From NCBI GenBank assembly GCA_043228905.1, contig JBHGNT010000007.1, positions 8,494,001 to 8,558,000 of the forward strand: 64,000 nt of DNA, written 5' to 3'. The first letter of the stretch is position 1. Every line of letters begins with the position of its first letter. Origin of the DNA: Azolla caroliniana. Taxonomy: Eukaryota; Plantae; Polypodiophyta. Made by a program: the position numbers and the translations under genes. Shown in pieces: positions 36,415 through 49,400 of this stretch. The notes under the pieces are model-generated. The model searched no databases and was not told the origin of the DNA. It saw nothing but the letters and a program-made list of their open reading frames with translations.

Positions 36415-37473
36415 ACTTCCTGAAATATTGTGTTTCAATATATCCGAAGACTTGAAGGTTACATGTGATTCCTTGGAAAGCTTTCTTTCACTATTGTCAT
36501 CGCTTATATTTCTTGCTTTGAAATCAATATTGAAGGAGTAGTATTTAATTTCCCTAAAGATTTAAACTTTCTCGCGAGTAGATTGTGTTTCTATATATCC
36601 AAAGAACGGAAAGGATGCATGTGATTGCTTGGAAAGATTTGTATCGCTATTATCATTGCTTATATTTCTTGTTCTTAAAACAATATGGGAGTAGTACTAT
36701 TTAATTTTCGTAAACATTTAAACTTTCAATTTAAATTTTATAACTAGTTTCAAATTTAACTTTTGTCAAGTCACTTTGGCGAAGTGGTTAAGGCGTGTGC
36801 ATGTTAAGTAGATGGGGTCTCCCCGCAAGAGTTCGAATCTCTCAGGTTACGACTTCATTGTAGAAAATATTTCCATTCAAGCAGAAAACAGAAACGATAC
36901 AGGTGATTGCGTAAAATTATTTGTATAAACATTGTCATTGGTTGTAGTTCGTGGTGTTAAAACAATATCACAGTAGTAATATTTAATTTCCCTACACATA
37001 TAACATAACTAGTTTTAATTAATTTTATCATGTCCCTTTGGCCGAGTGGTTAAGGCGTGTGCCTGCTAAGTACAGGGGGTTTCCCCGCGTGAGTTCGAAT
37101 CTCTCAAGTGACGATTTCCTGAAATATTGTGTTTCCATATATCCAAAGACTTGAAGGTTACATGTGATTCCTTGGAAAGCTTTCTGTCACTATTGTCATG
37201 GCTTATATTTCTCGCTTTGAAATCAATATTGAAGTAGTAATATTTAGTTTCCCTAAAGATTTAAACTTTCTCGCGAGTAGATTGTGTTTCTATACATCCA
37301 AAGAACGGAAAGGATGCATGTGATTGCTTGGAAAGATTTGTATCACTATTATCATTGCTTATATTTCTTGTTCTTAAAACAATATGAGAGTAGTATTATT
37401 TAATTTTCCTAAACGTTTAAACGTTCAATTTAAATTTTATAACTAGTTTTAATTCAAATTTTATTTTTGTCAA

Positions 37474-37555
37474 GTCACTTTGGCCGAGTGGTTAAGGCGT
37501 GTGCCTGCTAAGTACATGGGGTCTCCCCACGAGAGTTCGAATCTCTCAGGTGACG
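37474..37555 (+). tRNA. tRNA-Ser(GCT), structurally intact
   Basis: Same sequence as 36071-36152. Confidence 0.8.
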
Positions 37556-37735
37556 ACTTCATTGGAGAAAATATTTCCATTCATGCAAAAAACAGAAACG
37601 ATATAGGTGATTGCGTAAAATTATTTGTATACACATTGTCATTGGTTGTAGTTCGTGGTGTTAAAACAGTATCACAGTAGTACTATTTAATTTCCCTACA
37701 CATGTAACATAACTAGTTTTAATCAATTTTATCAA

Positions 37736-37817
37736 GTCACTTTGGCCGAGTGGTTAAGGCGTGTGCCTGCTAAGTACATGGGGTTTCCCCGCGAGAGTTC
37801 GAATCTCTCAGGTGACG
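37736..37817 (+). tRNA. tRNA-Ser(GCT), structurally intact
   Basis: Same sequence as 36333-36414. Confidence 0.82.
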
Positions 37818-39575
37818 ACTTCCTGAAATATTGTGTTTCAATATATCCGAAGACTTGAAGGTTACATGTGATTCCTTGGAAAGCTTTCTTTCACTATTGT
37901 CATCGCTTATATTTCTTGCTTTGAAATCAATATTGAAGGAGTAGTATTTAATTTCCCTAAAGATTTAAACTTTCTCGCGAGTAGATTGTGTTTCTATATA
38001 TCCAAAGAACGGAAAGGATGCATGTGATTGCTTGGAAAGATTTGTATCGCTATTATCATTGCTTATATTTCTTGTTCTTAAAACAATATGGGAGTAGTAC
38101 TATTTAATTTTCCTAAACATTTAAACTTTCAATTTAAATTTTATAACTAGTTTCAAATTTAACTTTTGTCAAGTCACTTTGGCGAAGTGGTTAAGGCGTG
38201 TGCCTGTTAAGTAGATGGGGTCTCCCCGCAAGAGTTCGAATCTCTCAGGTTACGACTTCATTGTAGAAAATATTTCCATTCAAGCAGAAAACAGAAACGA
38301 TACAGGTGATTGCGTAAAATTATTTGTATAAACATTGTCATTGGTTGTAGTTCGTGGTGTTAAAACAATATCACAGGAGTAATATTTAATTTCCCTACAC
38401 ATATAACATAACTAGTTTTAATTAATTTTATCATGTCCCTTTGGCCGAGTGGTTAAGGCGTGTGCCTGCTAAGTACATGGGGTTTCCCCGCGAGAGTTCG
38501 AATCTCTCAGGTGACGACTTCCTGAAATATTGTGTTTCAATATATCCGAAGACTTGAAGGTTACATGTGATTCCTTGGAAAGCTTTCTTTCACTATTGTC
38601 ATCGCTTATATTTCTTGCTTTGAAATCAATATTGAAGGAGTAGTATTTAATTTCCCTAAAGATTTAAACTTTCTCGCGAGTAGATTGTGTTTCTATACAT
38701 CCAAAGAACGGAAAGGATGCATGTGATTGCTTGGAAAGATTTGTATCGCTATTATCATTGCTTATATTTCTTGTTCTTAAAACAATATGGGAGTAGTACT
38801 ATTTAATTTTCCTAAACATTTAAACTTTCAATTTAAATTTTATAACTAGTTTCAAATTTAACTTTTGTCAAGTCACTCTGGCGGAGTGGTTAAGGCGTGT
38901 GCCTATTAAGTAGATGGGGTCTCCCCGCATGAGTTCGAATCTCTCAGGTTACGACTTCATTGTAGAAAATATTTCCATTCAAGCAGAAAACAGAAACGAT
39001 ACAGGTGATTGCGTAAAATTATTTGTATAAACATTGTCATTGGTTGTAGTTCGTGGTGTTAAAACAATATCACAGGAGTAATATTTAATTTCCCTACACA
39101 TATAACATAACTAGTTTTAATTAATTTTATCATGTCCCTTTGGCCGAGTGGTTAAGGCGTGTGCCTGCTAAGTACATGGGGTTTCCCCGCGTGAGTTCGA
39201 ATCTCTCAAGTGACGATTTCCTGAAATATTGTGTTTCCATATATCCAAAGACTTGAAGGTTACATGTGATTCCTTGGAAAGCTTTCTGTCACTATTGTCA
39301 TCGCTTATATTTCTTGCTTTGAAATCAATATTGAAGTAGTAATATTTAATTTCCCTAAAGATTTAAACTTTCTCGCGAGTAGATTGTGTTTCTATACATC
39401 CAAAGAACGGAAAGGATGCATGTGATTGCTTGGAAAGATTTGTATCACTATTATCATTGCTTATATTTCTTGTTCTTAAAACAATATGAGAGTAGTATTA
39501 TTTAATTTTCCTAAACGTTTAAACGTTCAATTTAAATTTTATAACTAGTTTTAATTCAAATTTTATTTTTGTCAA

Positions 39576-39657
39576 GTCACTTTGGCCGAGTGGTTAAGGC
39601 GTGTGCCTGCTAAGTACATGGGGTCTCCCCACGAGAGTTCGAATCTCTCAGGTGACG
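39576..39657 (+). tRNA. tRNA-Ser(GCT), structurally intact
   Basis: Same sequence as 36071-36152. Confidence 0.8.
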
Positions 39658-40294
39658 ACTTCATTGGAGAAAATATTTCCATTCATGCAAAAAACAGAAA
39701 CGATATAGGTGATTGCGTAAAATGATTTGTATAAACATTGTCATTGGTTGTATTTCGTGGTGTTAAAACAGTATTAACATAACTAGTATTTCCCTACACA
39801 TTTAACATAACTAGTATTAAATAATATTTTCACGTTACTTTGGCCGAATAGTTAAGGCGTGTGCCTGTTAAGTACTTGGGGTCTCCTCGCGAGAGTTCGA
39901 TTCTCTTAGGTGACGACTTCTTTCAAAACTGTGTTTCCATACATCCAAACCACGGAAAGGATGGATGGGAATCCTTTGAAAGATTTGTGTCACTATTGTG
40001 ATATGTTATATTTCTTGGTTTAAAATCAATATTGATGTAATAGCATTTATATTCCCGAAAAATTTAAACTTCTCGTGAGTAGACTGTGTTTCCATACATC
40101 CAAGGAACGGAAAGGATGCATGTGATTTCATCAAAAGATTCGTAGCAACATTGGAATTTGTTATATTTCTTGGTCTGAAAACAATATCGAAGTAAGACTC
40201 TTTAATTTCCTTCCACATTTAACATAACTAGTTTTAATTAATTTTATTATGTCCCTTTGGCCGAGTGGTTAAGGCGTGTGTCTGCTAAGTACAT

Positions 40295-40705
40295 GGGGAG
40301 AACTAATCGGTTATTTCACACTCAAGAATATATCACATGCTAATGAATATATGACGTCTGCATACATATCCTCTATGCAATCAAGAATATTCCTACATGG
40401 TTACATAGTTGTGCACACATAAAATTGAATTAAGTTATGAGAGGAAGAGAATGGATTGTGTAAACACAATAAACTACACTATTTCCTCATGGTGTAATGA
40501 TTAGATTCCTTGCCATACACTTAGGGGTCCATAACAATAAGATGACATGATGATGCACAATTAATTAAGAAGATAACGAAAGACCCATCTTCAATGAATG
40601 TGAAGCCTTGAGTAATGTACCAAAGCATACATTTTAGCCAACAAGTATTAGTAGATTAAGGTATGTTACAATGAATAAGGATTTATCCAATACACGATTA
40701 TCCCC
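40295..40705. other. ~410-bp non-satellite insert replacing the 3' half of a tRNA copy; possibly MITE-like
   Basis: Unique AT-rich sequence with imperfect inverted ends (ggggagaactaatcg / cgattatcccc); no TSD seen. Confidence 0.45.
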
Positions 40706-41169
40706 AAGAACGGAAAGGATGCATGGGATTGCTTTGAAAGATTTGTGTCACTATTGTCATTGCTTATATTTCTTGGTGTGAAATCAATATCAAAGTAGTA
40801 GTATTTAATTTCCCTAAACATTTAAACTTTCTCGCGAGTAGACCTTGTTTCACAACTTCAAAAGAACGGAGAGGATGCATGTGATTGCTTGGAAAGATTT
40901 GTGTCACTATTGTCATTATTATATTTCTTGCTGTGAAAACAATATCAGAGTACACTATTTAATTTTCCTAAACATTTAAACTTTCTCGCGGGTAGACTGT
41001 GTTTCAATACATCCAAAGGACGGAAAGGATGCATGTGATTGCTTGCAAAGATTTGTATCACTATTATCATTGCTTATATTTCTTGTTGTGAAAACAATAT
41101 GGGAGTAGTACTATTTAATTTTCCTAAACATGTAAACTTTCAATTTAAATTTTATTTAATTTTTGTCAA

Positions 41170-41251
41170 GTCACTTTGGCCGAGTGGTTAAGGCGTGTGC
41201 CTGCTAAGTACATGGGGTCTCCCCGCGAGAGTTCGAATCTCTTAGGTGACG
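41170..41251 (+). tRNA. tRNA-Ser(GCT), essentially intact (one G-U in the T stem)
   Basis: Complete cloverleaf, A and B boxes intact. Confidence 0.75.
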
Positions 41252-44070
41252 AGCTCTTGCAATATTTTGTTTCTATATATCCAAAGACTTGAAGGGTCAC
41301 ATGTGATTCCTAGGAAAGCTTTCTGTCACTATTGTCATCGCTTATATTTCTTGCTGTGAAATTAATATTGAAGGAGTAGTATTTAATTTCCCTAAACATT
41401 TAAACTTTCTCGCGGGTAGACTGTGTTTCTATATATCCAAAGAATTGAAAGGATGTATGTGATTGCTTGGAAAGATTTTTATCACTATTATCATTGCTTA
41501 TATCAATATGCGAGTAGTACTATTTAATTTTCGTAAACATTTAAACTTTCAATTTAAATTTTATAACTAGTTTCAAATTTAATTTTTGTCAAGTCACTTT
41601 GACCGAGTGGTTAAGTTGTGTGCCTGCTAAGTACATGGGGTCTCCCCGCGAGGGTTCGAATCTCTCAGGTGACGACTTCATTGGAGAAAATATTTGCATT
41701 CATGCAGAAAACAGAAACGATATAGGTGATTGCGTAAAATGATTTGTATAAACATTGTCATTGGTTGTATTTCGTGGTGTTAAAACAGTATCACAGTACT
41801 ATTATTTAATATCCCTACACATTTAATATAACTAGTATTAATTAAGTTTATCACGTTACTTTGGCCGAGTGGTTAAGGCGTGTGCCTGCTAAGTACCTGG
41901 GGTCACCTCGCGAGAGTTCGATTCTCTTAGGTGACGACCTCTTGCAAGACTGTGTTTCCTTACATCCAAACCACGGAAAGGATGTATGGTAATCCTTTGA
42001 AAGATTTGTGTCACTATTGTGATTGGTTATATTTCTTGGTTTGAAATCAATATCGAAGTAGTAGTATTTAATTTCCCTAAACACTTAAACTTTCTCACGG
42101 GTAGACTGTGTTTCAGAATTTCATAAAACTGAGAGGATGCATGTGATTGCTTCGAAAGATTAGTGTCACTATTGTCATTGTTATATTTCTTGGTGTGTAA
42201 ACAATATCAGAGTACACTATTTAATTACATTTCGACTTTCTAACGAGTAGACTTTGTTTCCATACATCCAAAGAATTGAAAGCATACATGTGAATCCTTA
42301 GAAAGATTCGTGTCACTATAGTCATTGGTTGTATTTTTTCGTGCGAAAACAGTATTGGAGTAGTACAATTTAATTTACCTAAACTATTGTCATCACTTAT
42401 ATTTCTTGCTGTGAAATCAATATTGAAGTAGTAGTACCTTTTTCCCCTAAACATTTAAACTTTCTCGCGAGTAGAGTGTGTTTCCATACATCGAAAGAAT
42501 ATAAGGGTTACATGTGATTGCTTCGAAAGATTTGTGGCACTATTGTTATTGCCTATATTTCTTGGTGTGAAATTACTATTTATTTTCCCTAAACATTTAA
42601 CCTTTCTCGCGAGTAGACTATGTTTCCATACATCTAAAGAACGGAAAGCATGGATGGGATTGCTTCGAAAGATTTTTGTCACTAATGTTATTGCTTATAT
42701 TTCTTGGTGTCAAATCAATATTGAAATAGTACTATTTATTTTCCCTAAACATTTAAACTTTCGTGCGAGTAGACTATGTTTCCATACATCCAGAGAACTA
42801 AAAGGATGCATGTGTTTGCTTCAAAGAATTTGTGTCACTAATTTCATTGGTTTTATTTCTTGTTGTGAAAACAATATCTGAATAGGACTATTTAATTTCG
42901 CTTAATTTCATAACTAGTAATTAAGTTTATCAAGTCACTTTGGTCGAGTGGTTAAGGCGTGTGCTTGCTAACTTCATGGGGTCTCCCAGGGAGAGTTCTA
43001 ATCTCTGAGGTGATGAATTCTTGGAGTACTGTGTTTCCATACATCCAAAGAGTTGAAGGGTTACATGTGATTGCTTCAAAAGATTTGCGTCACAATTTTG
43101 ATTGTTTATATTTCTTGGTGTGAAACCAATATTTAAGTAGTACTATTTATTTTCCCTAAACATTTAAACTATGAATTCTTCTAAAGGATGAATGTGAATT
43201 CTTCTAAATATTTGTGTCACTATTGTCATTTGTTATATTTCTTGTTGTGAAAACAATATTGGAGTAGTACAATTTAATTTCCCTTAATTTTATAAGTAGT
43301 TTCAATTTACGTTTTATCAAGTCACGTTGGCCGAGTGGTTAATGGTTGTGCCTACTAAGTACATAACGTCTCCTCCTGAGAGTTCGAATCTCATAGCTGA
43401 GAACTTATTGCAAGATGGTGTATTCATACATCCAAAGAATTGAAGGGTTACATATGATTTCATAGATTTTGTGTCACTATTATCATTGGTTATATTTGTT
43501 GGTGTGAAAAACTATCGTCGTAGTACTATTTAATTTAGCTAAACATTTATATTTGTTGGTGTGAAAACAATATCATAATAGTATTAAAAATTTAATTTGT
43601 GGTTATGGCGTGTGCCTGCTAAGTACCTGGTTTGTCACTGCGAGAGTTCGAATCTCTAAGGTGACGACTGCATGGGAGATAAAGTTTCCATACATGCAAA
43701 AAATTGAAATGACACACGTAATCGCTGAGAATGATTTGTATCAATATTGTCAATGGTTGTATTTCTTGGTGTGAATATTTTCCTAAACAGTTAAACTTTG
43801 TTGCGAGTACACTGTGTTTCCATTCATCCAAAGAAATAAAGGAATACATGTAATTGTTTCGGAAGCTTTTTTGTCACTATTGTTATTGGTTTGATTTCTT
43901 GGTGTGAAAACAATATCAACGTCGTATTATTTAATTTCCTTGAACATTTAAAGTTTCTATTTTCTTTTTATAAGTATTACCATTGGTTATATTTCTTGAA
44001 CATTTAAAGATTTTGTGTCACTATTATCATTGGTTATATTTCTTGGTCTAAAAACAGTATCGGAGTGCTA

Positions 44071-46172
44071 GGTCCGCTAGCGTGCAATAGTCCTCGCATA
44101 CTGCCGCAATGCTTTCCTCATTGAGTTTGTAGAACCCTCGGCCATCTTTCCTTCGGTTCTCCCAGTCCGCCTGGTACGTATGCAATTCCGTCGCTTCTGT
44201 AGCCCACGCCATCCATCCTTTGTCTAGCGCCAATTTTAATTGCGTCGTAAACCTCTCCCGATTCGTTTGCAGAAGGATGCGCACGTTGTTTGTTATGGCT
44301 TGGCAACGGTTGTGTGCTTCTTCTACAAATTTCTTGACGTTTGCAATTTCTTGTTTACTAACCACCGCCGCTTCCTCATAAGTGCTCCTCATTCCTGCCT
44401 AGAGCTGAGATTCCTTCGAATGTAGTTCTTCTAGTTTTCCCATTTCATTGTTTAGGCAGATTTCTAGTTGATGTCTCCTCTCCTATTCTCCAACAAGCTG
44501 CTTTCTTCTTCTCCAATAAGGCCCGGAGTCCCGCGATTGCCGCTTCCGATTTTTTCTCTTCCTCTCGTAATTGGGCATTTTCTTTTTTCGTCTGGGCGTG
44601 TTGTCCTGTCTCCGCTGCGAGTTTCTCTTCGAGGGTTTTCACTGCCTTTCGGCCGTTGGCCCGGATGTCCTTTTCTCTGTCCGAGGGCTGGCGAAGTTCG
44701 GCACAGAGACGGTCAATCTCTAATTCCGCTAGTTGCACGACCCGTTTCGCTTTTGAGGCAATGGCGGTCTGAGCTTCAATTTCTTCCCTCAGGGCTTCGT
44801 CGTCGTTGGTTGTTGGTGGAGCTACCTATTGCACCATAGTCGCGTTATTTTCCAACTCTGTGATGCGTTCATTGGCCTTTTGTAGCTCGACTTGGGTTAG
44901 TTAAATCTTTTTCTAGACATTTTGATTTTTAATCGCCATATTCTTGGCGCCCATACTGACCTTTGCCAGTTCCCTATGAACTTTGACAAGGACCGTGTTT
45001 AATGGGGGTAGTTCCATCCCCATTCAGGGTATACCAGCGTTCCTTTGCCTGCCGACTCTAGCTAACTGATCCTCATTGTCGCTTTCTGCCATTTGTGTTA
45101 ACGTGCGCTCGATCATTTGGCACTCCGCATGCTCCTCGACCATTCGTTGTGAGACTTTTATCTGTTGCATTTGCAAGAATTCCATGAGTTCAAAAGTGGT
45201 TCCAAATTGTAATAGTGCGCCGAACTCATGAGCCGTCTCCGGAATGTCCGGACATGCCAGGACCTCACTTTCCGCCGTCAATACGGTTTTCCCCCGCTGT
45301 GACTGGGCCGTAATGATCGCCCACGGTCGTCGTCTCTGTGGCCGCGAGTGTGTCTTTAACTAACTTGTGCCTACCTTTCCTTTCCAGTCTCCGCCGTTTC
45401 GGCCTTGGGCTTTCCTGTCGTGGTTCGGCTTCCGGCTCTGGTGCTGCTTCCTCGGTTCGCTTAGTCTACTCTTCCTGTGTGGTTCGTGTGTTCGGCTGGG
45501 CGGGTTGGGGTTCATCCTCCCACTCTGTGGTGGCTAACTCCGCTAACCTTTGCTTTGCGAATCGAGGCGACAATGTGGGTTTGTTGGGTTGCAGTGCCTG
45601 TAGACCTCGAGGTGGGAATAGTATCGTCAGATACTGTTGTATGATAGGCCTGAGCTGTTTGCCTCCTTGATACGTGTGCAGGCCTTCCCATAACGTTGGC
45701 CCCGCAATGACCCCCCAATCGACCATACGCCCTTCAAAGGTATCAATGATGATACCTGCGTTCTGCTTGGGCATCCCATATGTGTTTACATGTACGCATC
45801 CGACCTCCAACAGGAACATGGTGATTTCGCGGAAAAAGGGATCGGGGATCTCCTTCGTTCTATATGCCTTGGCAGATGACGAATATGGACCGAAATATCT
45901 CTACAGGGATTCCATAGGAGGGATTTCGAAATGCCTTTCACCCAGTGATGACAGGTCTAGCTTTTGTGGATGGATGATTTGGTGACCGTGTCGATGTTGA
46001 ACTTCCTAACGATGTCCAGTGCGTCTCGGTGTGGAGGTGCCTCAGCGACTCTGATGTACCCATCCAAGCGTTTCTCCACGAGCCATCGACGCAAGGCGGT
46101 AGAGATGGGTATCGGCATAGTCGGAATAAGCTTGTGGCTAATGGGGTGAAGACTGGTGGTTGTGGCAAGCAT
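44071..46172 (-). pseudogene. Extra ORF2 of Gypsy copy B (same sense as pol, disrupted)
   Basis: Pieces 45957-46172, 45466-45819, 45024-45281, 44445-44738, 44071-44392; begins ~285 nt after the pol stop. Confidence 0.72.
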
Positions 46173-46456
46173 GAGCTCTGTGATAGGATGGAGAAGAGGG
46201 TGAGGAAGAGGAACGATGAGAGTGATGACAGTTAGACGGTTGATTTCTGTATTGTGTAGAAAACCTTCTATTTCCTTCTTCTTGTGGCCTAAGGTTCATT
46301 GGTCAGTGAGCCATCGTGGTGCCGCGTGTTCTTGGCCTAGAAGTCTGTGCATGCCTTAAGTCCTCTTAATATCGTCGTTATCTTCTCTCTCTTTTTTTTT
46401 CGTAACGGTTACATACACTACTATTTTTACACTACAATACAAGCGGGGCAGTCTAC

Positions 46457-49400
46457 TTACTCCACGGATTCTCCGGCTTTGTCTTGTCCGGCAGGGAACA
46501 AGTTAGGTGGCGTAGGTCCCAGATAAGGTTTAAACCGAAACCCATTCACTTTTTGTCGTAACACTTCCCCGGCCAACGTGCCCTGTTCTGCTCCTACTAT
46601 CCAGTACGGGCCTGTCCAGTGGAATCTTAATTTTCCTGCCATATGCCCCATGCGTGTTTGGAAAACTAATACCACTTTTCCAACCGTTAAATCTTTTTCA
46701 CGCGCATGCCGGTGTCAGTCCACGAATGCTTTGTGCCGCCGATGTTCTTGCTCTAATATGGCCATATTGCGTAACCTTGTTTCTCCTAGCTCTAGTAGTT
46801 GTTGTAGATGTAGTTGTTCGGATTTTCCCTCTGGTAGCCGGGCTCATACCTGGAATTCGACTGGCATCACGGCGTCCAGACAAAATGCTAGCCTGAACGG
46901 TGTTGATTGTATGCTGGTCTTATAGCTGGTACGGTATGCCCATAACGCGCTATGCAACTTGGTGTCCCAATCCGTCCTGTTCTCATTGACTATCTTTTTG
47001 AGGATAGTTTGGAGGGTTTTGTTCGTGGATTCCGCCAAGCCATTCGCCTGCAGGTAATACGACGCACTTTTTTTTGAGCACCACAGCATAATGTTGGGTC
47101 AGTTCGCTGATGACTGTATTCAGAAAGTGACTCCCTTGGTCACTAATGAGCTCGATAGGGTAGTCGAAACGACACCAAATGTGTTAGTAAAAGAATTTCG
47201 CGGTGACTGCCGCGGTATTCTCGCGCACTGGGTTCGCTTCTACCCACTTGGTATAGTCATCCGTGGCCACCAGGATATACTTATTGCCTGTTCGAGCGAC
47301 CGCTAGGGTAAAGGGTCCCACAAAATCTAGCCCCCACTTTTCGAAAGGATCCAATGGTAACATTGGTTGGTGTGGCATTCTCGCGACTTCCGTGGGATGG
47401 CCCAGTCGTTGACATAAATCGCACTGTTTGCAATATTCATACGCGTCCTTTTGCGTCGTCGGCCACCAAAGTCCTGCTTGCCAAATTTTCTAGGCCGTAA
47501 CATCACCCGCATCATGTCCTCCCGCCGTACCACAATGGGCTTCACGTAGAACCTCGGCCTTCTCGTCCTGCCGTATTCTGCGCTTCCAGATGTCGTCACT
47601 GCCCTTGTGGTATAGTATGTCTGCAACTAAACAGAAATTTCGACTTCGTACGACCAACCGTTTTTTCTTGTCCATCCGTAATTGAGGTGGCGGTAACCGC
47701 ATGGTCAGGAAGTAGTTCATTTCCATGAGACACCGAACTGGGAAAGTCTTTTCCGTTCGTTCTGCAAGCGTTGCTACCCGCAGAATGTCCGCATCCGGAA
47801 AGTCGTCGTCATCGTTCTGTGCCGTCTGCTCAAAAAATATGCCATTACGTGTTCTGTACCTGGGCGGTGCTGAATTACAAAGTCAAATTCTTGAAGCAAC
47901 AACATCCATCTCGCTAATTTCCCCGTCAGCGCTTGTTTCCCTACCAAATATAGTAGTGCTAAATGATCCATGTGAAACGTGAATTTCCGCCCTAGCAGAT
48001 AATGCAGGAACTTATTGATGTTGTAGATCATACCCAATGCCGCACGTTCCGTTGTGGAATAGTTACGCTCAGCCGTTGATAATTTCCGACTAGCGTAGTA
48101 CACTGGCCGGTACCAATTCGGCTTCGTGAGCTACATGAGCGCACTACCTATTGCTATGTCCGAGGCATCTACGAACACGTGCAATGGCTTCGCCCAAACT
48201 GGTGGCTGTACAACAGGTGCCTGCGTTAGCATTACCTATAGCGCATCATATGCCTTCTCTTCCGTAGTTGTCCATTGGAAGGGAGTTCGATGAACGACGA
48301 CATGTAACGGAATGGCGAAGTCCGCCAAATAGCGTATCATCCGGTTGTGCCATCGTATTTGCCCTAAAAACCGGATGAGTGATTTCGTATTTGTCGGCGT
48401 TTTCGCGTGAGTAATCGCGGAGATTTTATTCGGATCGACCGCTATCCCTTCCTTGCTAACTATATGGCTGAGGAGATCTCGCTGGTAACGCCTAAGGCAC
48501 ATTTGGTGGGATTCAGGCTTAGACATGCGGTTTGGCAACGCTCCAGGCAAAGCTGCAAATGCGTAAAATGGTCGGTTGTTGTTCCATATACCGCAAAATC
48601 ATCTAAAAAAACTTGCATGAAGGTCGGAATGTATTCTCCAAAAATCTTCGTGATTGTCCATTGAAATGTCGCCGGCGCCGTCTTTAGCCCGAACATCATG
48701 ATGATTGCGACATAGACTCCCCAGTCCGTGACAAACGCCATCTTCTCTTGGTCGTCGGGGTGCATGCGTACTTGGTTGTACCCACTGAAGCCATCTAAAA
48801 AGTTGTACATGTCATGCCCCGTGACGGTGTCCAGTACGCTATCGGTGAACGGTAAAGGGAGTGTGTATGTAATGGTTACGACGTTCAATTTCTGGTAGTC
48901 CACGCATACAGATATTTTGCCATTTTTCTTTGGTACGACTACTATCGGGCTCAACCATGTAGCTTGTTTAACTGATCGTATGAATTTGGCCTTGAGGAGT
49001 TTGTCAATTTCTTCTTTTACGCGAACCGTGTAGTTTGGGTTCATACGGCATCGACGCTGATGGACCGGTTTCGCGTCGGTTGCTAAATTGATCTTATGTT
49101 GATAGAACTTTGGATCTAACCCCTTCATGTCCTCGTGGGCCCACGCGAACACATCTTTATACTTCTTGAGTAGTGCTATCATCGCGTCTCTCTGATCCGG
49201 CAGTAATTCTTTTGCGATGGAGAGGAATCGGGGTTCTGACGCCATACCCACGTTTACTTCTTCTAGGGCTGAGGCGGCGACTCGTCGTGAAATTTCCATT
49301 TCCCTCTCGAACGCTGCCCGTGCTCGGCTTACTTCTAATATTGGCTTCGAGTTTGGTTCGTAAACCTCGTCGTGCAGTGTAGCGGGCGTGGCATATTCCG

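Larger units (their letters stand above)
34668..39830 (+). repeat. Homogenised higher-order repeat: 1403-bp unit with four tRNA-Ser copies (spacings 262, 437, 262, 442)
   Basis: tRNA starts 34668, 34930, 35367, 35629, 36071, 36333, 36770, 37032, 37474, 37736, 38173, 38435, 38872, 39134, 39576. Confidence 0.92.
29219..44070 (+). repeat. tRNA-Ser(GCT)-containing ~156-bp satellite, central block (~30 tRNA-like copies)
   Basis: Recurring monomer agtagactgtgtttccatacatccaaagaacggaaaggatgcatgtgattgc... with interspersed 82-nt tRNA-Ser copies, all on the plus strand. Confidence 0.95.

Noticed and set aside
36077-37680. Identical 66-aa ORFs (MAEWLRRVPAKYMGS...) and other short ORFs in the satellite
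   Set aside because: Chance translations of tRNA and satellite sequence, mostly with non-ATG starts.
33671-40298. Regularly spaced conserved repeats resembling a CRISPR array
   Set aside because: The repeats are 82-nt tRNA copies, the spacers are themselves repeated, there are no cas genes and the context is eukaryotic.
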